This document shows positions 61,990 to 64,000 of a DNA stretch of 64,000 nucleotides, one piece after another. The stretch covers positions 32,001 to 96,000 of the forward strand of contig CP000069.1 in NCBI GenBank assembly GCA_000002445.1, written 5' to 3'. How positions within the stretch are numbered: the stretch's first letter is position 1; each line of letters opens with the position of its first letter. Made by a program: the position numbers and the translations under genes. Under the pieces are notes generated by a model, which saw only the letters and a program-made list of their open reading frames with translations, did no database searches and was not told the origin of the DNA. Source of the DNA: Trypanosoma brucei (Eukaryota).

Positions 61990-64000
61990 TTTAATGAGCA
62001 AATAACAAAATGCTGAGCCTCTGGAATGGAGACACGTGTCCCGCTACTTTCCTCGTGGGCTGTGAAATCATCTACGAGAAAGCTGCCCATTCATCAAATA
62101 TCTTTACATTAGTGCTGTTAAATTTCCTGAACCGTTTCATACGTCAGCCCGCAACTCGAGATGGCGAGCGGTGTTGCGAGGAAATCCCTTGGTGTTTACA
62201 TGCTTTCACATTTCTGCTAAAATGCGGGATTCCAAATCGTTCTCTATTGCGACTACTGCTGTTGCGTGAAGGTGAAAGTTCTCCCCTTTTTGTTGAAGGC
62301 GCCGTCATTCCGTAAGGTTTTAGTGTCTTTTTGACAAATTGACTGCTGAGTGCCGTTATTCTTTCCCACACACTCAAAAACTTTTTGATATCCCCCAACT
62401 GCGATAACCGCGTGCCTCACACTGCCCTGCACGGATCAGTATTGAAAGTTATTGTGAGAGCTCCCTAATCCACAATGATGGCATCCTTGTCATGAAGATG
62501 TGCGATAAGATTTTCCTTCCGCAGTAAAGCTATATCCCTTTCCACCAACTGGTAGTAATCCAAACCAAATGCATGACTGCTCGATTTCTTACGTTGTCCA
62601 GTGAATCGCATTTTGGATGGATTTCCCATTTCTGCATTGGCTGGGTTTGTTTTACTGGAGATTCCGCGGCTTTTCTCTGTAGAACTGAAAGATGCATATG
62701 AACTGGCGTTGCTCTGGCCGCCATCATTTACAATAAAGTTCCTGTATGCTGCGTTGTAATGTTTTTTGCGAATTGCATACTCACAATAAAGAGAAGACAG
62801 GGCCTAACCTATTCTAACTCTAAATTGGGCTTTCTCGAGAAATCGCAGGACCTTCTCGGTATCGGAGCCACATGTTCTCATGTTGGCTGCGTCCAAATGC
62901 ATTTTGCGATGTGATTTGTCTCTGAAACCCACAGCACAGTAACCGGATCATGACTCAGAGGTTTTACTATAATGATCATGACGTTTACCAGTGTCTTTGT
63001 TGGCTGGAGAGATTTAGAGTACGTTCCTTTATTTATTGTTTTCATGGGATCTAAAACCACATCCAATTGCCCTCTTTCTATTCCGTAACCCACGCACTTG
63101 AGGGTTTCGGATTTTTATATTCATGGGTATGGATTCCAATACTCTCTCGGAACTCAGCTTTCATTGTTTCCGTGGCCAAATCCCACCTTTCGGCTGCTAA
63201 AGTATTTTCCTTTCCTTGGCATAAAATGTAGAACCATAATAATTTAACTTTCCACAGCTATAGCGTCAAACTCTACTAACCAGGAGAATGGATTTTTTTT
63301 CTCTCTCAAATACGGTTGGTAAAAAGCATCGGGTTGTACATCCTTCCTCCCATTTACATACTTCCTTCTGTGAAGCCAACTGTATTATTGTGCGGTGCCG
63401 TTTGTAAATGGGCAATCGTTTTCCAATGATTCATCTCAGGTATTGATGATTCGTTTATCTCTTCTAATCTATCTATATACGAATGCACATGATCCAACTC
63501 TTCTCTCAATTGAAAAATTCCCCTGCCTTATTCTACAATTCTCAACATTAATTCCTATCAACTGAGTTTGAATGCGCCAGCGCCTGTCACCCATTCGTGC
63601 CGTATCATTTCATACTTCTGGAATAGAACTGATTTATTTTACTCAAGCACCATTCATTTATTTCAAAACGTCACTCGGGCTTCTTCAAAAGACCGTAAAA
63701 AATACAGCGCTTTGGGGCATATTGAAGGACACCAATGAATTCCGTAGGTAAATGAAGTTCACTTCCTTATTTTCAAAGAATACTTGAAACTCCCCATTTT
63801 CCAATTTCAACATACCGTCTGCGTGCGACGTGAAGTTTCTTAGCGACGAACCATTTCCAATTGAAAATGGGGTTTGTTCCCTCCTTTATACAAAAGCTTT
63901 TGTTTATGTCAAGGCCTTTGTCCATTCTACATCCAGAATGGTCTGTGGAGTTGCCGTTGACATATCTGTGAAGCTTACATTCGCAAGAAAAATTTAAGTC
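61990..64000 (-). repeat. Inverted copy of the GRESAG4-A 3'-flank segment (13961-15960). It runs off the window end.
   Basis: See feature 13961-15960. Position 64000 corresponds to 13961. Projecting the alignment places the 3' end of a minus-strand GRESAG4 ~420 bp beyond the window. Confidence 0.85.

Overview
This window is trypanosomatid nuclear DNA. Its content points to the Trypanosoma brucei group: GRESAG4-type receptor adenylate cyclases, ingi/RIME non-LTR retroposons and fragmented LSU rRNA. It is not prokaryotic. The supplied ORF track uses GTG/TTG starts, so most short ORFs are spurious.

Layout of the window:
- 1-318: an inverted copy of the GRESAG4 5' flank. This implies a minus-strand GRESAG4 just upstream of the window.
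- 703-9384: an ORF-poor spacer of about 8.7 kb.
- 9732-13538: GRESAG4 copy A, plus strand.
- 13961-15960: a 2-kb 3'-flank segment, re-used inverted at 61990-64000.
- 16900-18570: CA/TA-rich low-complexity DNA.
- 18571-21706: a 5'-truncated rDNA remnant on the minus strand. It holds an LSU fragment, an LSU-beta-like fragment and a small rRNA carrying the sarcin-ricin loop.
- 19404-19910: a 507-bp RIME inserted into the LSU-beta expansion segment, with 12-bp target-site duplications.
- 21707-26961: ingi copy 1, minus strand, full length with 12-bp TSDs but pseudogenised.
- 27024-32420: an AT-rich 20/29-bp satellite of about 5 kb, containing a 60-N scaffold gap and a duplicated 275-bp edge segment.
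- 32741-37724: ingi copy 2, minus strand, 5'-truncated.
- 37725-39600: an unassigned GC-rich block.
- 40196-43831: GRESAG4 copy B, minus strand.
- 44680-53364: a second copy of the spacer.
- 53705-57469: GRESAG4 copy C, plus strand.
- 57470-61990: unique sequence, followed by the inverted 3'-flank segment.

Headline observations:
- The satellite-between-two-ingis-next-to-rDNA arrangement matches the published architecture of T. brucei centromeres. This is the most interesting candidate in the window.
- The three cyclase genes are domain-level mosaics. A and B share a nucleotide-identical catalytic block but differ in their ectodomains. A and C share the ectodomain but differ in the catalytic domain.
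- A 12.4-kb unit (spacer plus gene) is tandemly duplicated about 44 kb apart.
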